The notes under the pieces were generated by a model. The model searched no databases, was not told the origin of the DNA, and was given only the letters and a program-made list of their open reading frames with translations. Of a stretch of 64,000 nucleotides of DNA, positions 8,910-19,370 are shown piece after piece (position 1 is the stretch's first letter; each line of letters begins with the position of its first letter). The stretch comes from Bacillota bacterium (GTDB lineage Bacteria; Bacillota; Clostridia; Christensenellales; SZUA-584). The DNA is taken from NCBI GenBank assembly GCA_023406895.1, contig JAEXTV010000001.1, positions 7,019 through 71,018 on the forward strand. Direction: 5' to 3'. The translations under genes and the position numbers were made by a program.

Positions 8910-10091
8910 ATGAAGTTGATGATCGGGCAGTTTAACGATTCATTCCCGCCAATACTGGATGGCGTGGCCAATGTGGTGCTGAATTATGCCCGCTGTTTAA
9001 ATAACGACAAGAGTACCTGCTGTGTGGTGACGCCCAAACATCCGGATGCCGCAGATCAATACAGCTTCGACGTTCATCGGTTTGCTTCAATAAAGGTACC
9101 CACACGCACCGAATACCGTGTGGGTGTGCCCCAAATGTCCACTTCATTTTGGATGGCGCTTAAAAAAATTCCCTTTGATATTGTGCATGCACATTGCCCG
9201 TTCAGCTCGGGACTCGCCGCGCGCAGCATAGCGCGCAAACGCGATATACCGCTTGTGGCTACCTTTCATTCCAAGTTTAAAGACGATTTCAAAGCGGCTA
9301 TTAAATCTGAAAGAATTGTGGACAACATCCTTTTAAAGATAGCCGGCTTCTATGAATCCGCAGATGAGGTGTGGATTGTTAATGAGGCATCGGAAGAGAC
9401 GCTGCGTGAATACGGTTACCGCGGCGATGTCTATATTATGGGGAACGGCTGCGATATCGAGCCCGAGTACCCAACACCCGAGAAACTGAATAAAATCAAC
9501 GAACGATTCGGGCTGGATCCCGATGTGCCGCTGTTTATGTATATCGGGCAGCACATATGGCAAAAGAATCTGCAGATGGTGATTGAAGCGCTCGGAAAGC
9601 TCAAAGCGCAGGGAGAGCGATTTCACATGCTTTTTGTGGGCGATGGTGCGAAGCGTGCCGATATGGAGCAGATGGTTGCCGAATTAAACCTTGGTGATTC
9701 GGTCACGTTTGCGGGAAGGATACACGACAGAAAAACGATTGCAAATATTTATCTTCGCAGCAGCGCCATGCTGTTCCCGTCGCTTTATGACACATCTTCA
9801 CTGGTACCGCGCGAGGCAGCGGCGTGCGGCTGCCCGACCGTTTTTGTTAAAGGAGCCAGCACATCGCAGGGGATTACCGAAAAGGACGGCTTTTTGATTG
9901 ACAACACGGCAGATTCTCTTGCAGAAACTGTCCGCTATATTATTCATCATCCTGCCGAAACCCGAATTGTGGGGGAGGCGGCGCGCAACACCATATACCG
10001 TTCATGGCAAACCGTCGTAGAAGGCGTTTATGAAAGGTATTTGTACCTGATAGATTTAAAGAAAAGCAGATTGGCCATGCGTGCCGAATAA
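8910..10091 (+). CDS. Family 4 glycosyltransferase (diacylglycerol glycosyltransferase-like)
   Basis: 393 aa with a strong RBS (TAGGAGG). The GT4 C-terminal block is ..FPSLYDTSSLVPREAAACGCPTVF.. (EX7E-like). Confidence 0.8.
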   Translation: MKLMIGQFNDSFPPILDGVANVVLNYARCLNNDKSTCCVVTPKHPDAADQYSFDVHRFASIKVPTRTEYRVGVPQMSTSFWMALKKIPFDIVHAHCPFSSGLAARSIARKRDIPLVATFHSKFKDDFKAAIKSERIVDNILLKIAGFYESADEVWIVNEASEETLREYGYRGDVYIMGNGCDIEPEYPTPEKLNKINERFGLDPDVPLFMYIGQHIWQKNLQMVIEALGKLKAQGERFHMLFVGDGAKRADMEQMVAELNLGDSVTFAGRIHDRKTIANIYLRSSAMLFPSLYDTSSLVPREAAACGCPTVFVKGASTSQGITEKDGFLIDNTADSLAETVRYIIHHPAETRIVGEAARNTIYRSWQTVVEGVYERYLYLIDLKKSRLAMRAE

Positions 10092-10183
10092 CAAGGCAGG
10101 CCCCGCAATTTCCTGTCAGCTTGGGAATGTCTTGATTTACAAGCTCAAATCTGCTATGATTCTACACAAATCGCGGAGGGCAG

Positions 10184-11236
10184 ATGAACAAGAAAAGATC
10201 ACGTTTATTTAGCATAATATACATGGGGCTAACGGTTGTTGTTATAATTCTGATCGTCCTTTTCGGAACGGATCTTGACGAAATTGGGGAAGCACTGAAG
10301 AATTTTAACATATGGTGGCTGGTTGCGTGTATCGGATCACTTCTTTTGTATTGGTTTGCTGACGGTTTGCTTCTTTATGATATCACGGCATATATGTACA
10401 AAAGGATGCCACTGTTACGGTGCGTCAAAGTCGGTGTGATCGGGCTCTATTACTGTGCGCTGACGCCGTCTTCGACGGGCGGACAACCCATGCAGGTCAT
10501 GTATATGAAACGGGATAATGTGCCCGTTGGCACCGCGACCTGTATCGTCGGCATTAAGTTTGTTATTTATGAGCTTTCATTGTGTTGCATATATGTGATT
10601 GGAATGATACTGCGCGGAGCCGATTATTATGTGAATAATAACGAAGCGTTTTGGCTGGCCGCGCTCGGTTTCGTCATCAATCTCGTTGCCGTGTTTTTCA
10701 TTATTCTGACCATTATTAATAAAAAGCTCGTCCTCACAATCGGTAATTGGCTGATTCGTGTTTTGACCAAAATCAAGGTTATAAAAGACAAAGAAAAGAC
10801 GCTTGGGCATTTTGCCGAGGTCATAGAAGAATACCATACTGCCGCATCGTACATTTCAAAATACAAGCTGCGCGCTCTCGGATCGTTCTTTATTTCTGTC
10901 ATCAACCTTGCGTTCCTGTTCTTGATTCCGTATTTGATTTATTTATCTTTCGGATTTACCAAGTATAATATGATTGATATATTCATCATGGAGGCATTTT
11001 TGTTCCTCGCGGTGTCGTTCTTCCCTTTGCCGGGTGCAGCGGGCGCATCGGAAGGCGGCTTCATGCTGTTTTTCGGGCCCTTCTTTGGAGCGGTCACCGG
11101 CGTGGCGATGTTGATCTGGCGTTTTCTTACCTACTATGTGATTTTGATAACCGGCAGCCTCATGGTGGTGTTTGACGAGGTTTTTTCAATCAGAAAAAAG
11201 AGCAGAGAAAAACGGCTGGAGAAAGACATGGGATGA
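10184..11236 (+). CDS. Flippase-like / LPG-synthase-TM (UPF0104) multi-pass membrane protein
   Basis: 350 aa with about 8 hydrophobic segments. It has the conserved ..LTPSSTGGQPMQV.. and ..PLPGAAGASEGGF.. motifs typical of the family. Confidence 0.75.
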   Translation: MNKKRSRLFSIIYMGLTVVVIILIVLFGTDLDEIGEALKNFNIWWLVACIGSLLLYWFADGLLLYDITAYMYKRMPLLRCVKVGVIGLYYCALTPSSTGGQPMQVMYMKRDNVPVGTATCIVGIKFVIYELSLCCIYVIGMILRGADYYVNNNEAFWLAALGFVINLVAVFFIILTIINKKLVLTIGNWLIRVLTKIKVIKDKEKTLGHFAEVIEEYHTAASYISKYKLRALGSFFISVINLAFLFLIPYLIYLSFGFTKYNMIDIFIMEAFLFLAVSFFPLPGAAGASEGGFMLFFGPFFGAVTGVAMLIWRFLTYYVILITGSLMVVFDEVFSIRKKSREKRLEKDMG

Positions 11237-11329
11237 AGCGGCGCGTTAACTTTTGTATATCATGGTTATAATGCCAAGTATGACAAGAGAGCAGCCGTTT
11301 GAATATTTGAGTAAACTGGAAAGGCTAAA

Positions 11330-12328
11330 ATGAGTATTGGGCTGATAGTAGTAATCGTACTGGTGTGTGCTTCGGTTTTTGTTAACGGATGGACCGATGC
11401 GCCGAACGCCATAACAACTGTGGTATCGACAAGGGTGCTCTCACCCAAAGCGGCTGTAGGGCTGGCGGCTATTTTTAATTTGCTGGGCGTTATGCTTATG
11501 GGGACAGCGGTTGCAAAAACAATTGGTAATATGATCACGCTGACTCCGGGAACTGACGCTTTGGTCACACTCGCCGCCGCTCAGATCTCTATCGTGACGT
11601 GGGCTGTGGGTGCCTGGCGCTTTGGCATTCCCACGAGCGAAAGTCATGCATTAATTGCCGGGCTTACCGGTGCGGCACTCGCAGGCGGCGGGCTTGATTC
11701 CGTGAGCTGGGCTGAGTGGCAAAAGGTTCTCCTTGGCCTTGGCATATCATCGGTACTCGGCTTTTTATCCGGCTGGCTGGTGACGGCGGGGGTAGCAAAA
11801 ACATTCGGGAAGATGAACAGGCACAAGGCCAACCGTTTATTCTCCTTCGGACAGATCATATCCGCGTCGGCGATGGCGTTCAGCCATGGGGCGCAGGATG
11901 GCCAAAAATTCATCGGCGTCTTTGCATTTGCGCTTATGCTCGGGGGTATTATACCGATGGATGGCGCTTTCACCATTCCTGTGTATATCATGATTTTTTG
12001 TTCGGTGCTCATGGCCATCGGTACGTCGATCGGCGGGTACAGGATCATCAAAACGATGGGCATGGATATGGTGAAAATCGATAAATATCAAGGATTTTCT
12101 TCAGAAGTCGCGGCATCCGCGTGCATGCTTGCCGCAACGGCTTTTGGCATACCGCTGAGCACAACCAACACAAAAGGAACTGCGATAATGGGTGCGGCGG
12201 CAGCGCGGCGTTTGTCCAATGTCAACTGGGGCGTTGTCAAGGAAATGGTGCTGGCATGGGTCCTTACCTTTCCTGCCTGTGGGCTTATCGGTTATTTGAT
12301 GGCTTTGCTGCTGCACAGTATATTTTAA
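11330..12328 (+). CDS. Inorganic phosphate transporter, PiT family
   Basis: 332 aa. It has the duplicated PiT signature (FVNGWTDAPNAI near the N-terminus, HGAQDGQKFIG in the middle). Confidence 0.9.
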   Translation: MSIGLIVVIVLVCASVFVNGWTDAPNAITTVVSTRVLSPKAAVGLAAIFNLLGVMLMGTAVAKTIGNMITLTPGTDALVTLAAAQISIVTWAVGAWRFGIPTSESHALIAGLTGAALAGGGLDSVSWAEWQKVLLGLGISSVLGFLSGWLVTAGVAKTFGKMNRHKANRLFSFGQIISASAMAFSHGAQDGQKFIGVFAFALMLGGIIPMDGAFTIPVYIMIFCSVLMAIGTSIGGYRIIKTMGMDMVKIDKYQGFSSEVAASACMLAATAFGIPLSTTNTKGTAIMGAAAARRLSNVNWGVVKEMVLAWVLTFPACGLIGYLMALLLHSIF

Positions 12329-12343
12329 GAAAAGGTGAAAAAA

Positions 12344-12961
12344 ATGGGGAAAAGATCGGAAATCAATTATTTTGACAGTTTTGTTAAAGGAACGGAATAT
12401 GCGCTGCATGCGGCCCGTCGCCTTCAGGCGTTACTGGCAGAGGAGCAGCTTACGGAAGATAAGATCGCCGAGATAAAAAAGATTGAGCAGGATGCCGACA
12501 CGCATATGCACACCTTGTGCTGTGAGCTCAATGTCGCATTTATCACACCGATTGACCGTGACGATATATACAAAATAGCCAAGGAGACGGATGATATTAC
12601 AGACAGCATCGATTCCGTGGCGAGCAAGATTTGGATGATGAATGTAAAACACGTGACGCCGCCGATGCGCCAGATGAGCGAATATGTCACAAGAGCATGC
12701 GAAATGCTTGTGAAACTGATGTCTGAGATTAAGAACCACAAGAAAAACAACAAACTCAATGAATACGTGATAGAGATTAACCGCATTGAGGAACTGGGCG
12801 ACAAGTGCTACAAAGAAGCCATTAAAGAGCTTTTCGAAAAAGAGAAGGACCCCATTGAGCTCATTAAGCGTAAGGAAGTATACAGAGAGCTCGAATCCGC
12901 GCTGGATAACTGCGAGGATGTCGCGGACTGCGTACAGAGCATTATGATCACGAAAACCTGA
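12344..12961 (+). CDS. DUF47 family PiT accessory / PhoU-like protein
   Basis: ORF 12335..12961. ATG 12344 follows AAGGTG. The N-terminus is ..INYFDSFV.. and the protein is helical and PhoU-like. It is adjacent to PiT. Confidence 0.8.
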   Translation: MGKRSEINYFDSFVKGTEYALHAARRLQALLAEEQLTEDKIAEIKKIEQDADTHMHTLCCELNVAFITPIDRDDIYKIAKETDDITDSIDSVASKIWMMNVKHVTPPMRQMSEYVTRACEMLVKLMSEIKNHKKNNKLNEYVIEINRIEELGDKCYKEAIKELFEKEKDPIELIKRKEVYRELESALDNCEDVADCVQSIMITKT

Positions 12962-12970
12962 CGGATTTTT

Positions 12971-13002
12971 AAAAGCTGCATGTTGGTTCATGCAGCTTTT
13001 TT
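12971..13002 (+). terminator. Rho-independent terminator
   Basis: AAAAGCTGCATG-loop-CATGCAGCTTTTTT. Confidence 0.8.
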
Positions 13003-13027
13003 GTGCCGTTTAAAGCCAACAAATCTG

Positions 13028-13056
13028 TTGATTATTAAAAACCCCTATGCTATAAT
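13028..13056 (+). promoter_or_regulatory. Sigma-A promoter of rpsB-tsf (TTGATT-17-TATAAT, extended -10 TGc)
   Basis: TTGATT 13028-13033, a 17-nt spacer, and TATAAT 13051-13056. Confidence 0.7.
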
Positions 13057-13158
13057 CTCAAATGTATGTCACACCACCGCCGATTTTTGCTTTCGTGCCC
13101 ATAAAATGGGTTGAGCAAAAAAGAGACGCGATGGGAGGATAAAAACGAGGAGGAAACT

Positions 13159-13941
13159 ATGTCAGTCATTTCAATGAAGCAGCTTTTAGAAGCAGGTGTT
13201 CATTTCGGGCACCAAACAAGACGCTGGAACCCCAAGATGAAGAAGTACATCTTCACAGAGCGTAACGGCATTTACATCATCGACCTGCAAAAAACAGTGA
13301 AGATGGTTGAACATGCGTATTTTTTTGTGCGCGATGCCGTGATGGAAGGGAAAACCGTTCTTTTTGTGGGAACAAAGAAGCAGGCTCAGGAGTCTATTGA
13401 ACAGGAAGCCAAACGCTGCGGCATGTATTATGTGAGCCAGAGATGGCTTGGCGGCATGCTGACCAACTTCAAAACGATCCGCAGCCGCGTGAAGAGGCTT
13501 GAAAAGATTGAGCAGATGGAAGCAAATGGTGAATTTGCGCTGCTGCCCAAGAAGGAAGTCATCAAGCTTCGTCACGAACACGAGAAACTTCAGAAGAACC
13601 TCGGCGGCATTCGTGATATGAAGGAACTTCCCGGCGTGATCTTCATCGTTGACCCGCGCAAAGAACGCATTGCGATAGCCGAAGCGAAGACACTTGATAT
13701 CCCGCTGGTCGGTATCGTGGATACCAACTGCGATCCGGACGAGATCGACTACGTGATCCCGGGCAATGACGATGCCATCCGTGCCGTCAAGCTGCTCGCT
13801 TCCAAGATTGCAGACGCATGCCTTGAAGCCAAGCAGGGTGAACAGCTGGTCGACCCGACGGCCGAGACGCCGGCCGCAAACGATGACGTTGAAGATTTCA
13901 GTGAAGAAATTGATGTTGACGAATCGGAAGAGGAGCAATAA
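13159..13941 (+). CDS. rpsB: 30S ribosomal protein S2
   Basis: ATG 13159 behind GAGGAGG. The N-terminus is the canonical [27 protein letters not shown]. An acidic C-terminal tail is present. Confidence 0.97.
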   Translation: MSVISMKQLLEAGVHFGHQTRRWNPKMKKYIFTERNGIYIIDLQKTVKMVEHAYFFVRDAVMEGKTVLFVGTKKQAQESIEQEAKRCGMYYVSQRWLGGMLTNFKTIRSRVKRLEKIEQMEANGEFALLPKKEVIKLRHEHEKLQKNLGGIRDMKELPGVIFIVDPRKERIAIAEAKTLDIPLVGIVDTNCDPDEIDYVIPGNDDAIRAVKLLASKIADACLEAKQGEQLVDPTAETPAANDDVEDFSEEIDVDESEEEQ

Positions 13942-13970
13942 AGCGAGATAACAAGGAGAGTATTTAAGAT

Positions 13971-14885
13971 ATGATTTCAGCAAGTGACGTGAAAGATTTA
14001 AGAGAAAAGACCGGCGCAGGCATGATGGACTGCAAAAACGCGCTCGTGCAAGCGGACGGCGATATGGAAGAAGCGATTAAAATTCTTCGTGAAAAGGGTC
14101 TTGCATCCGCAGCCAAAAAAGCCGGCCGTATTGCGGCTGAGGGTATTGTGGACAGCTTGATTGACGGGAATCTCGGTGTGGTTGTCGAAGTCAACTGCGA
14201 AACCGACTTTGTGGCAAAAACGCCTGCTTTCAAATCGTTTGTGCAGGAAGTGGCGGCACAAATAAAGAGCGGCAGCCCGGCGACTGTGGACGAGCTTCTC
14301 GAGCAGAAGAACGCGCAGGGGAATACCATCAGCAATATGCTCAACGAAAAAATCGGTGAGATCGGCGAAAAAATTTCTGTCAGACGTTTCTCCCGTTTCC
14401 AAGCGGAGCACGGCGTTGTGGAAAGCTACATTCACATGGGCGGCAAAATCGGTGTGCTCGTTGAAGCGGAGTGTTCCGAATCGGCGGCTGGCAGCCCGGT
14501 GCTCAAAGCGTTTATGAAGGATGTGGCGATGCAGATTGCGGCTTCGAATCCGTTGTATGTGCTGCCAAGCGAAGTGCCCGAGAGCGTGATAACGGAGGAA
14601 AAAGAAATCCTGCGTGCACAGGCTCTTGGCGAAGGCAAACCCGCACAGATTGTTGACAAAATGGTGGAAGGGCGTATCCAGAAGTATTACAAGGAAGTCT
14701 GCCTGATGGAACAGCCGTTTGTCAAGGATCAGGATAAGGCTGTGAAGGGCATACTCAAAGAGAAGGTCGCGGAGATCGGCTCGCCGGTTTCCATCAAGCG
14801 TTTTGTCCGGTATGAGATGGGCGAAGGCTTGGAAAAAAGAAAAGACGATTTTGTCGATGAGGTCATGAAACAGGCGAATTTATAA
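13971..14885 (+). CDS. tsf: Elongation factor Ts
   Basis: 304 aa. N-terminus: [25 protein letters not shown]. Confidence 0.97.
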   Translation: MISASDVKDLREKTGAGMMDCKNALVQADGDMEEAIKILREKGLASAAKKAGRIAAEGIVDSLIDGNLGVVVEVNCETDFVAKTPAFKSFVQEVAAQIKSGSPATVDELLEQKNAQGNTISNMLNEKIGEIGEKISVRRFSRFQAEHGVVESYIHMGGKIGVLVEAECSESAAGSPVLKAFMKDVAMQIAASNPLYVLPSEVPESVITEEKEILRAQALGEGKPAQIVDKMVEGRIQKYYKEVCLMEQPFVKDQDKAVKGILKEKVAEIGSPVSIKRFVRYEMGEGLEKRKDDFVDEVMKQANL

Positions 14886-14896
14886 GCGAAACGTAA

Positions 14897-14928
14897 GGGA
14901 GAGCCGGTGCATGAGCTCTCCCTTTTTT
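14897..14928 (+). terminator. Rho-independent terminator after tsf
   Basis: GGGAGAGC-loop-GCTCTCCC followed by TTTTTT. Confidence 0.8.
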
Positions 14929-15012
14929 AGCGAACCCCGCCAAAAAGCGACGCTTTCGGCGGGTTGAATCGGCCGGAAAAGCCTTGACCGGGACCAAAGA
15001 AGGAGACAGCTT

Positions 15013-15723
15013 ATGCCAAAATACAAGAGGATTATTCTCAAAATCAGCGGCGAAGCGCTTGCGGGCAGCGAGAAGTCAGGGTTCGACTTTGACATGATGG
15101 GCCAGGTGGCCGATCAGGTGATTGAAGTGGCAAAATTGGGTGTGGAGATCGGCATCATTGTGGGCGGCGGCAACATATGGCGCGGCCGCAGCGGTGTGGG
15201 TATGGACAGAACCACAGCCGACCATATGGGCATGCTGGCGACCGTGATTAACGCGCTTGCGATGCAGGATGCGCTGGAAGGCAAAGGGATGCAGACGCGT
15301 GTGCTGACCGCTATCGAAATGCGGCAGATTGCGGAGCCTTATATCCGCCGCAGGGCGATGCGGCATCTGGAAAAAGGCCGTGTGGTGATTTTCGCGTGCG
15401 GCACAGGCAACCCGTATTTCTCAACGGATACGGCTGCGGCGCTCCGCGCGGCAGAGATCGAGGCAGAGCTGATACTGCTTGCCAAAAACGTCGACGGCGT
15501 ATACGACAGCGATCCCAAGAAGAATCCAAATGCCAAGAAGTACGATTTTATCAGCTATATCGATGTGATCAATCAAGGGCTTTCGGTGATGGATACCACG
15601 GCTGTTTCTCTCTGTATGGATAACAATATTCCGATTGTTTGTTTCGGCCTCAATGCGCCGGACGGCATCAAACGGGTTGTTATGGGAGAGAACATCGGCA
15701 CACGTATCAATTCAAAGCCTTAA
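15013..15723 (+). CDS. pyrH: UMP kinase
   Basis: 236 aa. Contains [12 protein letters not shown] and ..GGGNIWRG.. motifs. Confidence 0.95.
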   Translation: MPKYKRIILKISGEALAGSEKSGFDFDMMGQVADQVIEVAKLGVEIGIIVGGGNIWRGRSGVGMDRTTADHMGMLATVINALAMQDALEGKGMQTRVLTAIEMRQIAEPYIRRRAMRHLEKGRVVIFACGTGNPYFSTDTAAALRAAEIEAELILLAKNVDGVYDSDPKKNPNAKKYDFISYIDVINQGLSVMDTTAVSLCMDNNIPIVCFGLNAPDGIKRVVMGENIGTRINSKP

Positions 15724-15749
15724 GATAATAAATTCGGGAGGTTAGAAAA

Positions 15750-16313
15750 ATGCAAATCAAGCATGAAGCATTGGAAAGTGCGAAAGTCAAGATGGAGAAA
15801 ACGATCGCGGTTTTTAAGAAAGACCTGACTCATATTCGCGCCGGCAGGGCCAACCCGCAGCTTCTGGACGGCATTATGGTCGATTATTACGGCACACCCA
15901 CGCCGCTGAGTCAAATCGGCAATATTTCAGCACCCGAACCGCGCATGCTCGTGATATCGCTTTGGGACACCAAACTGATCCCCAATGTGGAAAAAGCGAT
16001 TCAGAAATCGGAGCTTGGCATCAATCCCGCCAATGACGGCAAGGTGATTCGTCTTGTGGTGCCGGAGCTAACAGAGGAACGCCGCCGCGACCTCGCCAAG
16101 TCGATCCACAAGAAAGGCGAAGATGCCAAAGTGGCGATCCGTTCAATCCGCAGGGATGCCAACGAGGCTTTTAAAAAGTCCAAAAAGGCAAGCGAGATCA
16201 CCGAGGACGATTTCAATGTTCTTGAAGATGAAGTGCAGAAATACACGAATGACCATACAAAAACCATTGACGAGATGGTGAAGGAAAAAGAAAAAGAGAT
16301 CATGGAAGTATGA
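15750..16313 (+). CDS. frr: Ribosome recycling factor
   Basis: 187 aa. Contains ..IRAGRANPQLLDGIMVDYYG..PELTEERRRDL... Confidence 0.95.
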   Translation: MQIKHEALESAKVKMEKTIAVFKKDLTHIRAGRANPQLLDGIMVDYYGTPTPLSQIGNISAPEPRMLVISLWDTKLIPNVEKAIQKSELGINPANDGKVIRLVVPELTEERRRDLAKSIHKKGEDAKVAIRSIRRDANEAFKKSKKASEITEDDFNVLEDEVQKYTNDHTKTIDEMVKEKEKEIMEV

Positions 16314-16522
16314 CGCCAAACGTCATCGGCTGGGACGAGGCGCAGGCAGTCGCGTGTCTTGAGGGCAGCGGTTTAGCGGTCAGCCGCGTCGTATATGTGT
16401 CAAGACGCGGCATTGAGAATGCGGACACCACGCGCGTCATCCGGCAGCGGACTCTGAGCGAAAACGTGGTTGAAATCACAGTGTCTCATTTTAAAACACA
16501 GGTGGGTAACAATTGGGCGTAA
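16310..16522 (+). CDS. Small PASTA-like domain protein (hypothetical)
   Basis: 70-aa ORF. Its ATG overlaps the frr stop (ATGA) and its end overlaps the uppS start. PNVIGWDEAQAVACLEGSGLAV..VVEITVS resembles a single PASTA repeat by eye. Confidence 0.5.
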   Translation: MTPNVIGWDEAQAVACLEGSGLAVSRVVYVSRRGIENADTTRVIRQRTLSENVVEITVSHFKTQVGNNWA

Positions 16523-17274
16523 TCGCGGATATTATTTTTCGCCGCAAACACACGGATGTGTACAGCCGTGTGGACGCAACGCGGCTCCCCAGGCATGTCG
16601 CCGTGATTATGGACGGCAACGGCCGCTGGGCAAAAAAAAGAATGATGCCCCGCAGCGCCGGCCACAGAGCCGGTGTGGAGCGGGTGCGCACCATCATACG
16701 CATGAGCTCGGATATCGGTATCAAATATCTGACGCTTTTTGCGTTCTCCACAGAAAACTGGAAACGGCCTGCCGACGAGGTGGGCACGCTGATGAAGCTG
16801 CTGCTTGAGTATCTTGCGAAAGAACTTGACGAGCTGCATGAGAAAAACGTGCGCATTAAAACGCTGGGCAATATCGCGCAGCTGCCCAAAGATGTGATCA
16901 CCGAGATCAGCCGTGCCGTGGAAAAGACAAAGAACAATACCGGGCTTACCGTCAATATGGCGGTTAATTACGGCGGACGCCTCGATATTGTGGATGCTGT
17001 CAAGCGCATGATAAGCGATGGCGTCAGTGCGGGCGATGTCAGCGAACAGAGCCTGTCGTCATATTTGAGCACGGCGGATCAGCCCGACCCTGATCTTTTT
17101 ATCCGCACGAGCGGTGAGATGCGTATCAGTAACTTTTTGCTGTATCAGCTGGCCTATGCGGAGTTTTATTTCACGGATACACTCTGGCCCGATTTTAATG
17201 AGCTGGAGTATTGGAAAGCGCTCGATTGTTTCGCAAAGCGAGACCGCCGTTTCGGCGGAATTGGAGGAAGTTGA
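16513..17274 (+). CDS. uppS: Isoprenyl transferase (undecaprenyl diphosphate synthase)
   Basis: 253 aa. Contains HVAVIMDGNGRWAKK and ..FSTENWKRP.. motifs. Confidence 0.95.
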   Translation: MGVIADIIFRRKHTDVYSRVDATRLPRHVAVIMDGNGRWAKKRMMPRSAGHRAGVERVRTIIRMSSDIGIKYLTLFAFSTENWKRPADEVGTLMKLLLEYLAKELDELHEKNVRIKTLGNIAQLPKDVITEISRAVEKTKNNTGLTVNMAVNYGGRLDIVDAVKRMISDGVSAGDVSEQSLSSYLSTADQPDPDLFIRTSGEMRISNFLLYQLAYAEFYFTDTLWPDFNELEYWKALDCFAKRDRRFGGIGGS

Positions 17275-18078
17275 TTGGGCAAACGTATACTTTATGCGAT
17301 ACCGGCACTGGCCCTGCTGTTTTCCGTGCTTTATTTTCACGGATTGTACGCGAAGCTGGTGGTTGCGGCTGTGGCTGTGCTTTGTGTTCATGAGATGATG
17401 GGCGCGGTCAAATCCGTCGGGCGGCCTATGAGGGTATTGGGTTACGGATATGCGGTGCTGATGTACCCGGCTTATGAATTTGTCGGCGGCATGACCGGCA
17501 TTGCCATACTCACCGCTTTTGGGATGATGGCCGTTTTTACAATGCTGGTGCTGACCGGACGTGACGCGATGGATGGGGCGATGACCGTTCTGCCCATGCT
17601 GTACCCCGGGCTCTTTTTTGCGTTTTTGCTCGCGCTTTTCAGCATTGACAAGGCAAACATCTCGCGTTTTCTTTTGATTATTGCGTTTGGGTCGGCTGTG
17701 ATGACCGATACTTTTGCCTATTTCAGCGGCAGATTGTTCGGTAAGCATAAGCTGATTCCGAAAGTGAGCCCCAAAAAGACGGTGGAAGGGGCTATCGGCG
17801 GGCTGGTTTTCGGCACGTGTGCGGTGATACTGCTCGGCGTGCTGCTTCAGGACAGCTTTGATATTTATATGAATCCGCTTTGGTATGGGCTGCTCGGTGT
17901 GATTCTCTCCGTGATGACGCAGATCGGTGACCTTGCGGCATCGCTGGTGAAAAGAAGACTCGGCATTAAGGATTATGGGCATATTATGGGTGAGCACGGC
18001 GGCGCGATGGATAGGCTTGACAGTGTGTTGTTTATCAGCCCCGCGGTATTCGCTTTTTATTTTGTATTAGTGGCATAA
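17275..18078 (+). CDS. cdsA: Phosphatidate cytidylyltransferase
   Basis: 267 aa, multi-pass membrane protein. The CDS signature is ..SPKKTVEGAIGG..DLAASLVKRRLGIKDYG.. and the start is TTG. Confidence 0.9.
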   Translation: MGKRILYAIPALALLFSVLYFHGLYAKLVVAAVAVLCVHEMMGAVKSVGRPMRVLGYGYAVLMYPAYEFVGGMTGIAILTAFGMMAVFTMLVLTGRDAMDGAMTVLPMLYPGLFFAFLLALFSIDKANISRFLLIIAFGSAVMTDTFAYFSGRLFGKHKLIPKVSPKKTVEGAIGGLVFGTCAVILLGVLLQDSFDIYMNPLWYGLLGVILSVMTQIGDLAASLVKRRLGIKDYGHIMGEHGGAMDRLDSVLFISPAVFAFYFVLVA

Positions 18079-18093
18079 ATAAAGGACGTATCA

Positions 18094-19236
18094 ATGAAAA
18101 AGATAGCAATACTTGGCGCGACAGGTTCAATCGGGCGGCAGGCGCTTGATATTATTGAGCAATTTCCCGACCGGTTTCAGGTGACCGCGCTCACGGCGCA
18201 CAGCAGCTCCGACGATTTGATAGAAACGGCCAAAAAGTTCGGCGCATGCTATATCGGACTGACGGGATGCAACGGCGATGCCGAATTTGAGAAAAAAGTG
18301 CCCAAGGGCATTAAGGTGGGCTTTGGCATACAGGGCCTTGTGGAATCGTGCACCGCGGGCAGCCCCGATATCGTGCTGATTGCCGTGGTGGGCATCGCAG
18401 GGCTTCCGCCGCTGATCGAATGCCTCGACCGCAACATCAATGTGGCGCTCGCGAATAAGGAATCGCTTGTTTGCGGCGGACATATTGTGAAACAGAAGCA
18501 AAAGACGAGCAAATCCGAGCTGTTCCCGGTAGACAGTGAGCTTTGCGCGATTTACCAGTGTCTCAAAGGCAAGGATACCATAGGGCTGCGCCGCATTATT
18601 CTCACGGCGTCGGGCGGGCCGTTTTTTGACTGGGATAAAGAAACGATTCGCAGAGCCACGGTCGATCAGGCATTACGGCACCCAAACTGGCGCATGGGCA
18701 AGAAGATCACGGTGGATTGCGCGACGTACATGAATAAAGGGCTCGAAATCATCGAAGCGCGCTGGCTCTTTGATGTGAACCCCGATATGATCGATGTGGT
18801 GGTGCACCGCCAAAGCATCATTCATTCAATGATTGAGTATAACGATGGCGCGGTGATCGCGCAGCTCGGGCCGACGGACATGCGCCAGCCCATTCAGTAC
18901 GCGTTCGGGCATCCCGAGCGCCTCGACAGCGTGGTGGGGCATCTTGATTTTAAAACACTCAAAACGCTGACGTTCGATGTGCCGGACACGGACAAGTTTC
19001 CGTGTTTGAAGCACGCGCAGGACGCGATACGTGAGGGCGGCGCGCTGCCCATCATTATGAACGCGGCCAACGAAGCGGCCGTGGAGCTGTTCCTTGAAAA
19101 GAAGATCACGTTTGGCGATATTGAAAAGCGTGTGGCGTTTGCGATGAACAAGTTCTCACATCTGAAGGCGAACACGCTGCTGGAGATCTATACGACCGAT
19201 AAGGAAGTTAAGGACTTCGTATATCATAACAATTGA
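18094..19236 (+). CDS. dxr: 1-deoxy-D-xylulose 5-phosphate reductoisomerase
   Basis: 380 aa. Contains ILGATGSIGRQALD, ..LANKESLV.., ..HPNWRMGKKITVDCATYMNKGLE... Confidence 0.95.
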   Translation: MKKIAILGATGSIGRQALDIIEQFPDRFQVTALTAHSSSDDLIETAKKFGACYIGLTGCNGDAEFEKKVPKGIKVGFGIQGLVESCTAGSPDIVLIAVVGIAGLPPLIECLDRNINVALANKESLVCGGHIVKQKQKTSKSELFPVDSELCAIYQCLKGKDTIGLRRIILTASGGPFFDWDKETIRRATVDQALRHPNWRMGKKITVDCATYMNKGLEIIEARWLFDVNPDMIDVVVHRQSIIHSMIEYNDGAVIAQLGPTDMRQPIQYAFGHPERLDSVVGHLDFKTLKTLTFDVPDTDKFPCLKHAQDAIREGGALPIIMNAANEAAVELFLEKKITFGDIEKRVAFAMNKFSHLKANTLLEIYTTDKEVKDFVYHNN

Positions 19237-19370
19237 TAAAACGCCGTTTTTTATCGTAAAATAGTACGGGAAAAGAAAACTTGGCCGTCGGTGCTGCGAA
19301 CTTTTCATAAAATGTTACGTATTTTGGGACTCAAGACATGATATAATGATAAAAAAAGGGAGAACAAAGC

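Noticed and set aside
17059-17997. 312-aa minus-strand ORF
   Set aside because: It is antisense to uppS and cdsA and is His/Arg/Gln-rich with no recognisable motif. The same reasoning applies to 20382..21368 (antisense to ispG), 39015..39695 (antisense to plsX), 40841..41785 (antisense to glyA) and 57089..57787 (antisense to lspA).
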